Source of the DNA: a virus
Lineage: Duplodnaviria > Caudoviricetes
Strand: one strand, 5' to 3'
IMG/VR virus record: IMGVR_UViG_3300030116_004829
Coordinates: 1 to 56,124 of that record
Length of the DNA: 56,124 nt
Below are positions 1 to 8,704 of this stretch, one piece after another. The translations under genes and the position numbers were made by a program. Under the pieces are notes generated by a model. That model saw only the letters and a list, made by a program, of their open reading frames with translations, ran no database searches and was not told where the DNA came from. The first letter of the stretch is position 1. Every line of letters begins with the position of its first letter.

Positions 1-168
1 ATTTTTCATAAACGTCATTTAAAAGTTGATATCTATCAGAAGCATATTTTAAAGATAATTTCGCAGCCAATCCTGCACAAATACAATCTGTCCAACGATA
101 AGGCACATCTGCATCTTGATTAGATAAAGTCACATCATCGAGTTGATTTACTGCCCAATAAACCATAC
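1..168. repeat. Terminal direct repeat, left copy (circular assembly overlap)
   Basis: Identical to 55957-56124 except position 53 A vs 56009 G (synonymous Ser codon on the minus strand); lies inside a gene. Confidence 0.97.
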
Positions 169-589
169 TGTATGAAGCGTCTGGAACTTGCCAAAAATAA
201 ATTTGCGGAGTGTATTGTCTATCAATCATATATTGATTCGGTTTTCCTGTTTCCGTTTTATTAGGAATTTGATTATATTCTGCTATAGAAACTCTATTAA
301 TCATTTGATCTGTATCATCTTCTCTAATTACAGCATCTATAATATCTATTGTTCCTGCAGGCAATGCATAATTAGATGTTCCACTTGTTAAAGATAATGT
401 GTTGTTGCTAACTGCCCAATAATTGATTCCTCTATTTGCCCATTCTGAAAACAGTAGATTTAAACTCCTTCTTGCAGATTTTGCAAAATACCCAGTCCTA
501 GTTTGAGTATCAATGCCACATCGCTCAAAAGATTCTGAAATAATTTCTTCAATATTCGGTCTAAATGCTACTGATCCAGAAGTTGCCAT
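1..589 (-). CDS. Head-tail adaptor / tail tubular protein A-like (5' part; continues across the junction to 55880)
   Basis: ATG at 589 (MATSGSVAFRPNIEEIISESFERCG...ARRSLNLLFSEWANRG...) stays open to position 1 and joins the 55880-56122 ORF; located just downstream of the capsid genes. Confidence 0.75.
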   Translation of the reverse strand, partial: MATSGSVAFRPNIEEIISESFERCGIDTQTRTGYFAKSARRSLNLLFSEWANRGINYWAVSNNTLSLTSGTSNYALPAGTIDIIDAVIREDDTDQMINRVSIAEYNQIPNKTETGKPNQYMIDRQYTPQIYFWQVPDASYSMVYWAVNQLDDVTLSNQDADVPYRWTDCICAGLAAKLSLKYASDRYQLLNDVYEK

Positions 590-1002
590 TAGTACTGTTT
601 AATCCCTCTAATTACAATTTGATATGCATCTCCTGTTGCACCTGCACCAGTGGTTGTAAATTTAATATCACCAGTTCCATTAGTGCCAAAAGACTTGCTA
701 TTAGGTAATCCACCAAATTTAGAAAAATCTTGATAACCAGATTGACCTTCAGTTAAATGCATGATGATTACATTAGTATCTGCTGCAGCTAATATTTCAA
801 CTGTCATAGCTGATATTACCCACCAACACTCTACAATTCTAATGCCTGTGCAAGCATTACCATCTGCATTTGCAGCAAGTGCAGAAACATCTATTTTAGA
901 AACTGCACTTTCATTTCCTGTATCAACATATTGATATTGAAAAGCATAAACAACTTCATTAGTGCTTTCTGATATCTTTGTTGAAGATGTAATATCAGCC
1001 AT
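589..1002 (-). CDS. Structural protein (putative head/neck, beta-rich)
   Basis: 137 aa ORF, GGAG RBS, within the capsid operon, coupled to the next gene. Confidence 0.6.
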   Translation of the reverse strand: MADITSSTKISESTNEVVYAFQYQYVDTGNESAVSKIDVSALAANADGNACTGIRIVECWWVISAMTVEILAAADTNVIIMHLTEGQSGYQDFSKFGGLPNSKSFGTNGTGDIKFTTTGAGATGDAYQIVIRGIKQY

Positions 1003-1014
1003 TAGTTTCTCCTA

Positions 1015-1494
1015 TTAAGCAGTTGGTGAATCAGAAGACAATCCAAAAAATTTCAAAGATATTGAGCCGACTGATCCTGCTGTTCCTGATATTGTAACTT
1101 CAACTTCATCAGCTGTTTCCGTTGCTGCAGTTGTTGCACCACCAGACATACCTAAAACTCCATTGCAAGGAAAGAATCCTTTAAATCCTGCAGAATCTAG
1201 TGCTGCAGTTATACCATCAACATAACCATCAGGATCTGCATCAGTCCCGATATCTACTAAATTAACAGAGTTTGAAACAGCAGTAACTACTGTAACAGCA
1301 ACACCCATTGGGATAAAATTAGATGGGACACCAATAGCTCCCTCTAAATGACCTGTGCCAGATGCAGCAATTGAAATTGTTGCAGTATAAGTTGACAAAG
1401 TCATCTCATTAGTAAGACCACCACTAGCATTCTTGATGATATGTTTAAAACCATTTTCAGACCTGACTGGTCCAGTAAAAGTTGTATTAGCCAT
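1015..1494 (-). CDS. Structural protein (putative capsid decoration/fibre)
   Basis: MANTTFTGPVRSENGF N-terminus typical of the gene following the major capsid in marine podoviruses; AGGAG RBS. Confidence 0.65.
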   Translation of the reverse strand: MANTTFTGPVRSENGFKHIIKNASGGLTNEMTLSTYTATISIAASGTGHLEGAIGVPSNFIPMGVAVTVVTAVSNSVNLVDIGTDADPDGYVDGITAALDSAGFKGFFPCNGVLGMSGGATTAATETADEVEVTISGTAGSVGSISLKFFGLSSDSPTA

Positions 1495-1543
1495 TTTATA
1501 TCTCCTGTCTTGGCAAATGTCAGCTTTCGCTGTCAGTGATATT

Positions 1544-1567
1544 AAAAGGGAGAGCTTTCACTCTCCC
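1544..1567 (-). terminator. Rho-independent terminator after the major capsid gene
   Basis: GGGAGAG/CTCTCCC 7-bp stem with a 6-nt loop, followed by TTTT on the minus strand. Confidence 0.75.
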
Positions 1568-1574
1568 CTAGTTT

Positions 1575-2486
1575 TTATGCAGCTCCTTCAGAACCGAATA
1601 TGCCACGCCAATCAGTAAAACCGAAAGAATATCTTTCTCTTACTTTATAACGAACATTTCCTGTTTCAAAGTCACCTTCCATACCTTTTTTCATAGGAGT
1701 CCTTTGGAACATTTTCATTCCATCAGGAACATCAGTCAAAATAAAAAACTGATCAGAATCAGATAGACGACGCATTACATGATATCCTTTAGGTAAATAA
1801 CCACCTGATCGGATAGCATTAATATCATTGTCTGCTGTTCCAGTCCTTAACTGAGATTCTAAAAGTCTCTCAGCTGTAAAGGTATATGCAGTTGGAATAA
1901 CAAGAGTTGTACCTTGTGCAGCAACTCTTAGACCTCTATCATCCTTCATGTCTGCTATTTGTATTAGCATAGACTCTAATGAAGTTTCAGAAAGATCTGC
2001 AGCAGTTGCCAAAGTATTACTTTGATTTCCACTTCTTGTTGGGTGTGATGTGCTTAACAAAGAAACTCCATCACCACCAGCATAAGTACCAGCAGTTGTC
2101 GCATTATTCAAAATATCTGCAGCTTTCAGCTCTTTGGTCGCAGCCATTGAGCGTGCAAGTGCTTTAGTATATCTTGAAGCAATTGACCCATACTGACCAT
2201 CTTCTTCTGCTTCCTCAGTAATTGAGAACGCTAAAGCGATAGTTTCATGCTGATAGCGTGCAGTCCATTGTTGACTCGCACTATCATAAGATATTGCTGC
2301 ACCTTCAGCTTTTGTTGGTGCATTTCCGAAGCCTTCCAATAACACATCTTCTTCAAAAGCTTTACTTGAAGTATTTGAAGAAAATACTGCTGTGTATTCA
2401 GGAGGATAGCTATCATACTCAAGACCGAAAAGAGTATTCAATCCTGGTTCGAGCATTTTAGCAAATTGTGCTCTATTCATCGCCAT
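1575..2486 (-). CDS. Major capsid protein
   Basis: 303 aa; LEPGLNTLFGLEY, FSITEEA.ED and GDFETGNVRYK.RERYSFG.TDWRG motifs; followed by a terminator. Confidence 0.92.
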   Translation of the reverse strand: MAMNRAQFAKMLEPGLNTLFGLEYDSYPPEYTAVFSSNTSSKAFEEDVLLEGFGNAPTKAEGAAISYDSASQQWTARYQHETIALAFSITEEAEEDGQYGSIASRYTKALARSMAATKELKAADILNNATTAGTYAGGDGVSLLSTSHPTRSGNQSNTLATAADLSETSLESMLIQIADMKDDRGLRVAAQGTTLVIPTAYTFTAERLLESQLRTGTADNDINAIRSGGYLPKGYHVMRRLSDSDQFFILTDVPDGMKMFQRTPMKKGMEGDFETGNVRYKVRERYSFGFTDWRGIFGSEGAA

Positions 2487-2499
2487 TATTCATGCCCTC

Positions 2500-3051
2500 C
2501 TATATACCAGCAGTTGCTTTTAGAAGATGCTCATTAATAAGCACCTCTAAGACAGCATACTGCGCCATTGAATTATCAGGTGTATCATGTAAAGCTAATA
2601 TTTTACATGTAGCTGTACCATTACTCATAGTACCATTTAAACTAAAACCTGAACGACCAGTTGTTGTAGATCCTGCTCCTGCAACAACATCAGCACACTC
2701 GCCAATGCTTGCTTGAGTTGGAGTACCAGCTGATTGTATTTTATAGACGATATAAGGATCATCATAAACATAAGCGATTATCTCTGTAGCTGTTGTGCCA
2801 CTTGGCCAATACTCGCTATAGACATAAGAACCATCTGATGCAGTATAACTCACTCCTGCAAATACACCAATGTTGTTTGTTTCTGTAGCAGTATGAGGTG
2901 TAATTACACCATCTGCTGTAAGAATGCAAAGATCACCTGTAAAGATGTTCTCTGCCAAACCACTTGTAATTGTGTATTTATTTGCACGAGGAGCATTACC
3001 ACTCATATGGCGGATTGGGACTAGCCCAAAGGCTGCATTTACATTAGCCAT
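2500..3051 (-). CDS. Capsid-associated (decoration/cement) protein
   Basis: MANVNAAFGL.P, IFTGD, GVFAGV.Y and DDP motifs; immediately upstream of the capsid gene. Confidence 0.7.
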   Translation of the reverse strand: MANVNAAFGLVPIRHMSGNAPRANKYTITSGLAENIFTGDLCILTADGVITPHTATETNNIGVFAGVSYTASDGSYVYSEYWPSGTTATEIIAYVYDDPYIVYKIQSAGTPTQASIGECADVVAGAGSTTTGRSGFSLNGTMSNGTATCKILALHDTPDNSMAQYAVLEVLINEHLLKATAGI

Positions 3052-3075
3052 TTTTTGCTCCTACAAAATTAAGTT

Positions 3076-3555
3076 TCATTTATCATCCATGATAGATAAA
3101 TCTCTACCACGACTCGAAGTAGACTCCCTAGTTTGATAAATAGGTTGTCCTGTTTTTCGTCCTAACGCATCAAGGTCTGAAGCAACTGCTTCATTTTGCT
3201 CTGAGTTTCTTTGATTGTAATATGCCTTCATAGACCTATGGGTTTCTTCTGGCATTTCGCAAAGCAACATTCCTTCAATTCCTATACAGCCTTTCCACTC
3301 ACCGTGATTGATAGTTGGGTATCGCTTATCTTTCACTGAGTCAGCAGAGCGTGGATTCCAGCCTTCACGCATACGTTTGTATACATTATCTGGAGTTTCT
3401 TTACCCTGAATCGAGGTAGTTATCCATCGTTGAACATATCCTGGACGACATTCTGGAGCATCCAACAATGACGGAGGTTTCCATGAAACAGCAGGCTTTT
3501 GCTGTCTTATAGGATCTCTTATTTCGTTTGCACGCACATTTCTTTTCTCAACCAT
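3076..3555 (-). CDS. Conserved head-morphogenesis protein
   Basis: WKPPSLLDAP...YVQRW...REGW motif; between scaffold and capsid genes. Confidence 0.65.
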   Translation of the reverse strand: MVEKRNVRANEIRDPIRQQKPAVSWKPPSLLDAPECRPGYVQRWITTSIQGKETPDNVYKRMREGWNPRSADSVKDKRYPTINHGEWKGCIGIEGMLLCEMPEETHRSMKAYYNQRNSEQNEAVASDLDALGRKTGQPIYQTRESTSSRGRDLSIMDDK

Positions 3556-3557
3556 AA

Positions 3558-4463
3558 CTAGTTCCTCTCTTGTTTTCTGATTTCAGCTTCATATTTTTTA
3601 AGACTACTTTCATCTGTTATTCCAAGTTCTCTAGCCATTCTCAATTGATCTTGAGACATACGCACTCTATTGCCCTTGTATTTTTGAGGTGCGCCAGTAG
3701 TTGGAGCGACAGGAGATCTACTTTTCACCTTCGGTTTACTCGGACTTGAAGATGAGTTTAACTCGGGAAAGACAGAAAGTAAACGAGAATTTAAATTTTC
3801 GTAATATTCGTCTGAATTTTTATCATATCCCTCTACATCGAGTTGAACATCTATTGCTCTTGCAGCAGCAGTTTCTCGTTCAAATCCTGGAGAATTAAAC
3901 CAATTATTCTTTTGCCACCAATCAATAGCTTTAGGTGGTGCAGGATTTTGAACAGTTTGTTGAGCTTTGCCTACTGTTGGAGAAGTATTTTGTTGTGCTC
4001 TTTGTTGCCTTTGAATTTCAGCAATTCTTATTGTTGCTCTCATATCAGCTAATTGTTCTTGAAAATTAATTTGAGCTTCAGTATCACCTTCTTCAACTGC
4101 TTTTTTAAGTGCGAGTCTAGTTTGATTGTATCTTGTTTTAAATTGATCTGCTGCACTTTTTTCTGAACCTTGCTCAAGACGAGACAATCTAGCATTAAGT
4201 TGACTATTCTGCTCTTGCATCTCTTTAGCTTGTAACTCTGCAGCTCTTCTTTGCTCAACTAATTTAGCAATCCTTTTTTGCACTTTTTGACCATACTCAG
4301 GATCTTCTTGAGGTTTCTGCTCTTCTTCAGCTTTTTTCTCTTCAGCGACGTCTTTCGCTTCTTCAACAGGATCATCAGTTATTTCTATTTGAAAATCTTC
4401 TGGTTCACCTTTAGCTTTTTTAATTTCAGCTTCTATTTCTTTTTCTACTTCTTCTTTTTCCAT
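3558..4463 (-). CDS. Capsid scaffolding protein
   Basis: Acidic N-terminus, long coiled coil, W...N.WF motif and C-terminal ARELG helix; position upstream of the capsid gene. Confidence 0.75.
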   Translation of the reverse strand: MEKEEVEKEIEAEIKKAKGEPEDFQIEITDDPVEEAKDVAEEKKAEEEQKPQEDPEYGQKVQKRIAKLVEQRRAAELQAKEMQEQNSQLNARLSRLEQGSEKSAADQFKTRYNQTRLALKKAVEEGDTEAQINFQEQLADMRATIRIAEIQRQQRAQQNTSPTVGKAQQTVQNPAPPKAIDWWQKNNWFNSPGFERETAAARAIDVQLDVEGYDKNSDEYYENLNSRLLSVFPELNSSSSPSKPKVKSRSPVAPTTGAPQKYKGNRVRMSQDQLRMARELGITDESSLKKYEAEIRKQERN

Positions 4464-4478
4464 GGTACGACTCCAAGT

Positions 4479-4877
4479 TTACGTTACATAAGCCATGATA
4501 TCAGTTCCCTCTTGCAAAATAGATGTGATTTCATCATCATTAAGCAATAAAAACTTAACACCATTAACTGTTATTTTTTGACCAGCATATTTTCCATATG
4601 TAACTCTGTCTCCTACTCTAGGAATAGAATTACTTTTCCAAGAAATACCTGTGTCACGATCACGATAAGCTAAATCACCCATTGCAGCAACTTTTCCAGA
4701 AGCAATTAAATAATCTTCATTGTCTTTAGATTGTGCAGTCAAAATTAAACCACCTTCTGTTTTTGTTTTTGCTTGATTAGGTTTTATTAGAACTTTCCAG
4801 TTTAAAGGAACTGGCAAAAGATCAGAAGTTATCGTGGCTTCTGTATCTTCATCCTTATATTCATGTTGATGAGACAT
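4479..4877 (-). CDS. groES: Co-chaperonin GroES-like protein
   Basis: PLNWKVLIKP, KTEGGLIL mobile loop, VGDRV.YGKYAG and LLNDDEI; start taken at MSHQ (GAGG RBS). Confidence 0.88.
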   Translation of the reverse strand: MSHQHEYKDEDTEATITSDLLPVPLNWKVLIKPNQAKTKTEGGLILTAQSKDNEDYLIASGKVAAMGDLAYRDRDTGISWKSNSIPRVGDRVTYGKYAGQKITVNGVKFLLLNDDEITSILQEGTDIMAYVT

Positions 4878-4878
4878 G

Positions 4879-5076
4879 TTATTCATCCTCTTCATTTAAT
4901 TTTTTCAATGTTTCATCGATAATCTCAATGGATTGTTGTAATCCTTCAGCGACACCGACGTGTTTATGATACGATTGAAGGTCAGCCATTCGACCTTCAA
5001 CCATACTCATTCCAATTTCAGTCTTTCTTTGCTTCAGGTTTGCTTTTATTTTCTGGAGCAGGTCTGTTACTGTCAT
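4879..5076 (-). CDS. Hypothetical protein (helical)
   Basis: 65 aa with GGAGG RBS; Y...VG...GL pattern; sits upstream of groES. Confidence 0.65.
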   Translation of the reverse strand: MTVTDLLQKIKANLKQRKTEIGMSMVEGRMADLQSYHKHVGVAEGLQQSIEIIDETLKKLNEEDE

Positions 5077-5137
5077 TTTTTACACCTCCTGACATAGATA
5101 CGCCAGTTACATGTATAACAACATCTTTTTCCGACAT
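5018..5137 (-). CDS. Small hypothetical protein (39 aa)
   Basis: MSEKDVVIHVTGVSMSGGV...; ATG directly after the upstream stop, AAGGA RBS; below the ORF-track cutoff. Confidence 0.45.
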   Translation of the reverse strand: MSEKDVVIHVTGVSMSGGVKNDSNRPAPENKSKPEAKKD

Positions 5138-5275
5138 TTAATATCCTTTCTTTTTGCCTTTAGTCATTTTTTTCTTTTTAGCCATTTTCTTATTACCTTT
5201 GGCCATTTTCTTTTTGCCATGCATCATTTTAGAATCACCTCCTTTTAATAATTTACTAAATTGACTTCTATTCAA
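5138..5275 (-). CDS. Small Lys-rich protein with a capsid-like N-terminus
   Basis: TTG start with GGAG RBS gives MNRSQFSKLLKGGDSKMMHGKKKMAKGNKK...; internal ATG at 5227 has AAAGGAGGTGA RBS. Confidence 0.6.
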   Translation of the reverse strand: MNRSQFSKLLKGGDSKMMHGKKKMAKGNKKMAKKKKMTKGKKKGY

Positions 5276-6212
5276 CTGTTTGATCTCCTGATATAAATGG
5301 CAGAACACCCACTGGTGCAACACCTGCTAAAGTGCTTGAAATATTTTTTAAGAGAGGATCAAATATGGCTCTGGTTTGTCTTATTCTTTCTGGTTGACCT
5401 CCGATAGCTATATTGGTCTTAGGATAATTAACATCATAATTACCATATGGTCCAGTGACAGGAGTTGTTTTAGAATCTAAAGATTTTAAAAAACTTTGAA
5501 TTTTATAATAATCACCTCTGTCGCTGCCAATATCGTAAATATCTCTAAATTCTACAGTTTTTGAGGGAACTTCTCCTGGAGAAGTCAACCTAACAATATC
5601 TTCTGTTGTATAATCTTTAGGAGAAGTTCTTCCGACAACTGGAAATCTATCTGTACTCGGTCCAAAATATTCTTCAATATTTAATCTTGGCATTGATGAG
5701 TATTCTTCGTCTTCTGGAAAAACTTTTGTTTCAGGCGACATGCTTTTCCAAGATTGGTTGTCAGCTTCTACAATCGTTGTTGGAATAATTTCACCTTTTA
5801 TAGTCTTTTGAGGTCTTACAACAAATTCCATAACGTCTTTTCCATAGGTCTGAGCCAAAGCTGGGTCTCTAGATCCGAAAATAAATCCAGTATGTAAATT
5901 TACATTTCCGATATTAGTGTGACTTCCTCTATAAAAAAGATTATTTAAATCGAAGCCAATCTGCTTCGCTCTTTCCATTCTATCTAATTTACCCATTGGC
6001 AAATCATAATTGTTTAGCAAATAATTAAAATCAGCATTCCTAAAACTAGCTTCAGCTGTAGACAACTCGCCATCAGTCAATTCACGACCTTCTTTTCTGG
6101 CTGTAGAAACTATTCTTATAACTTCTGCAGCTTCTTCTTGGGCAAGTGTTGTAGGCACTTTTTCTTTTAAAGATTTTAAAAATGTTGTTACTATTTTACT
6201 TACGATTGGCAT
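5268..6212 (-). CDS. Putative ADP-ribosyltransferase-fold (ART-PolyVal-like) protein
   Basis: RMERAKQIGFD...FYRGS...FIFGSRDP.LA.TYG pattern and C-terminal IR...AIFDP. Confidence 0.5.
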   Translation of the reverse strand: MPIVSKIVTTFLKSLKEKVPTTLAQEEAAEVIRIVSTARKEGRELTDGELSTAEASFRNADFNYLLNNYDLPMGKLDRMERAKQIGFDLNNLFYRGSHTNIGNVNLHTGFIFGSRDPALAQTYGKDVMEFVVRPQKTIKGEIIPTTIVEADNQSWKSMSPETKVFPEDEEYSSMPRLNIEEYFGPSTDRFPVVGRTSPKDYTTEDIVRLTSPGEVPSKTVEFRDIYDIGSDRGDYYKIQSFLKSLDSKTTPVTGPYGNYDVNYPKTNIAIGGQPERIRQTRAIFDPLLKNISSTLAGVAPVGVLPFISGDQTVE

Positions 6213-7390
6213 TATTCACTAACTTCAGATATAATTTTTCCAACTATATCTTCCTCATTGCTTCCATAAAATTTTTCCCAAAGTTCGTCTTCGGACCAAT
6301 TTTCCCAATTTTCTGATTCATCTCCGAGACCAAGTTTTTTTCCAACATCTGGGTCTCCTTCAGCACCACCAAATTCAAGATATGTTTCCCAAACTTTTGT
6401 GTTTTTTCTTGTAGTTGAATCAGTCTTATTAATAAAATTTATTATTTCGTCGTCTGTGTATCCAAACTGTATTTGAAGATTTTCTAAATAATCAGACATT
6501 TCACTATTAGAAGAAATCATATCTAATTCATCTTGATCAACAGCTTTCTTTTTCATCTCAAAATATTTTTTTGATTTATTAAGCTCTGATGAAAAATTTT
6601 CAATACTTTCTTTCATCGTTTCATCTCCATACTGTGGACCTTTACCAAAATCTGTAAAATCCATCAGCTCATTAATTACTCTAGTCCTTGATGGTTGTCC
6701 TACATTTTCCACAACAGCACCTGCAATTTTTGATGCAACAGGTTTAACAACTGGGATATCTGAAACTGGCATAACATCCTCCATAATCTTTCCAACAGGA
6801 ACTTCACTCAATGCTCCTACTGCAACTGGTGCTGCAGCAATTGCTCCTAATGCTTCTCTTCTAGATAGATCAGTTGGTGTTTCCGAAGTCACTTTATTTT
6901 TTAATTTTTGAAAAAATTCAGAAACTTTTGGAGAAACAAATTTTACAGCTTTCTCACCACCATAACCTAGCAATCCTGATAAAGTACCAACTAATGCTGC
7001 ATCTTTTGCTCTGCCTTCAACACCTTCACCTGCCAAAAAACCTTCTAATCCTCCTAATGCTGCTGAAGTTCCAGTTACACCTAATTTTGTTGCTAATGCT
7101 GGGACAGACATAATTAAAGTTGGCAAAACACCAGATATGTAAGCACCAGTGCTTGCTCCTGGATTTTTCTCTGCAAAAGACTCCATCTCAGATCTTATTT
7201 GATCTATATTTTCATTGTAAGACTTATCTCCTAAAACAGACTTGATTATTGCTTCAGCTTCGTCAGAACCACCTAAAGTTAATCCTTGAGCAAATTGTCT
7301 GCCTGCTCCAGCAAGATCTTTTCCAAGATCTTCGGTATAGATATCGCTGAATGTAGCACCTTTAGGCAATGCACCTATAACTTGAACCAC
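6212..7390 (-). CDS. Putative internal virion/ejection protein
   Basis: QGLTLGGSDEAEA motif, Gly/Ala-rich hydrophobic segments, internal SRREAL and an acidic C-terminus. Confidence 0.55.
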   Translation of the reverse strand: MVQVIGALPKGATFSDIYTEDLGKDLAGAGRQFAQGLTLGGSDEAEAIIKSVLGDKSYNENIDQIRSEMESFAEKNPGASTGAYISGVLPTLIMSVPALATKLGVTGTSAALGGLEGFLAGEGVEGRAKDAALVGTLSGLLGYGGEKAVKFVSPKVSEFFQKLKNKVTSETPTDLSRREALGAIAAAPVAVGALSEVPVGKIMEDVMPVSDIPVVKPVASKIAGAVVENVGQPSRTRVINELMDFTDFGKGPQYGDETMKESIENFSSELNKSKKYFEMKKKAVDQDELDMISSNSEMSDYLENLQIQFGYTDDEIINFINKTDSTTRKNTKVWETYLEFGGAEGDPDVGKKLGLGDESENWENWSEDELWEKFYGSNEEDIVGKIISEVSE

Positions 7391-7581
7391 TAAACTTGAC
7401 CTCCAGACAATTCTCTTGCTAATACTTTTAAAGTTTCATTAAAACTTTTGTCAAGTTCTTTTGCTGCTTTTGCAAATTTACGAGGAGACACTTCGTCAGA
7501 ATCTATTCCTCTGCGTTTTAAAAAACTTTTTGCAGCTCTTATCTCTGCTGCTGCGACTCTTTTAATTGCTGCTTTGGCCAT
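7390..7581 (-). CDS. Small basic protein
   Basis: 63 aa, Ala/Lys-rich, translationally coupled on both sides. Confidence 0.65.
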   Translation of the reverse strand: MAKAAIKRVAAAEIRAAKSFLKRRGIDSDEVSPRKFAKAAKELDKSFNETLKVLARELSGGQV

Positions 7582-8123
7582 TATTTGATCCTTGATTGCG
7601 ATATAACTTCTATAGATGATGGATCATAAACTCTTATTCCACTCTCGTTAAGATTATGATGTCCTTTGAATCCTAACTTTTTAAGGTCATTTTCGATACT
7701 TTCCAAAAGTTCAAAATCTGATTCCATCTCTAAAGGATGTCCTTCTGGCAAATTCATATTTACTAAATCATTCGCTTCTTCCAAATTATCAAGATCATCA
7801 AGCAATCCATTCCTTTTTGCTAGATTAAAATGATTCTCATTTAATATATTAAAAACTTCTTCGTCTCTTATTTTAAGTTTCATTTTGATTAAATTAGAAT
7901 GCTCATCCTTTCCTTGTCCAAGAGTTGAATATTTTATTGCTGTTTCTTTATCATGAGTTACATCTGTAAATGGTTTTATTTCTTTTTCAATGTCTCTAGA
8001 TCCTCTGTAAAAAGTAACATCAGGAGTACCAATCATCACGTGATCTCTGATAAAATCTTCCAACACACCGATTTTATTACCCAACGCATCGACTGCACTT
8101 TTTATTAATTTAGCTTTCGCCAT
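7581..8123 (-). CDS. Putative ADP-ribosyltransferase-fold protein
   Basis: FYRGS...FTDVT.DKETA.KY...GFKG...E.GIRVYDP pattern; start at MAKAK coupled to the upstream stop. Confidence 0.45.
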   Translation of the reverse strand: MAKAKLIKSAVDALGNKIGVLEDFIRDHVMIGTPDVTFYRGSRDIEKEIKPFTDVTHDKETAIKYSTLGQGKDEHSNLIKMKLKIRDEEVFNILNENHFNLAKRNGLLDDLDNLEEANDLVNMNLPEGHPLEMESDFELLESIENDLKKLGFKGHHNLNESGIRVYDPSSIEVISQSRIK

Positions 8124-8380
8124 TACCAAGCCTTACAAGACCAATATCTTGCTTTTGTTTTTGGTCCAGGATTATCACAATTATGCCTTGATCTAAAATT
8201 GCTTCTGCGACCTTTTTGATTTTTCTTAATGCGCATGTTTGGATCTCCAAATGTAACCCTTTTAATTCTATCGCCATCTTTAACAAAGACAACAGATTTT
8301 TTCCTGCCATAGCTTGTTTCACCTTTTGCGATACGTCTAGGCTTATTCAATGTAACTTTTTTGCCTTTATATGTTGCCAT
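8123..8380 (-). CDS. Conserved small basic phage protein
   Basis: VTFGDPNM...R.NFRSRHNC...ARYWSCKAW. Confidence 0.75.
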   Translation of the reverse strand: MATYKGKKVTLNKPRRIAKGETSYGRKKSVVFVKDGDRIKRVTFGDPNMRIKKNQKGRRSNFRSRHNCDNPGPKTKARYWSCKAW

Positions 8381-8535
8381 TACTTTTTATGAACCTTTTG
8401 TATTTCGAAACTAGCTTTTTGGCTTGCTCCCTTGTGTGGCTTATAACCACCAGCAGGATTTTTCATTAATTTAAATCCATTACCAGACTTCATCCAATGA
8501 AATCCTTTAGGTGCGTCAACTGCTTTTTTTGCCAC
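8380..8535 (-). CDS. Small basic protein
   Basis: Probable GTG start: VAKKAVDAPKGFHWMK...LMK...YKPHKGA. Confidence 0.6.
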   Translation of the reverse strand: MAKKAVDAPKGFHWMKSGNGFKLMKNPAGGYKPHKGASQKASFEIQKVHKK

Positions 8536-8704
8536 TTTTCTTACCTTTCTTTTTAGGTTTCTTTGCTGTCTTTGCTGCAGCTTTAAATTGTGCTGCTGTC
8601 GGAGCACCTTTAGATCCTACTTTACGCATCTTTTCGCCACTGCCAGCTTTTATCCTTTTTCTTTTTGCGTGGATATTTGCATATAATCCTGGTTTTTTAG
8701 CCAT
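8516..8704 (-). CDS. Small basic protein
   Basis: MAKKPGLYANIHAKRKRIKAGSGEKMRK...GAPT. Confidence 0.75.
   Translation of the reverse strand: MAKKPGLYANIHAKRKRIKAGSGEKMRKVGSKGAPTAAQFKAAAKTAKKPKKKGKKSGKKSS

Noticed and set aside
1-168. Biological direct terminal repeat (T7-like)
   Set aside because: The repeat lies in the middle of a structural gene, which fits an assembly overlap of a circular or permuted genome better.
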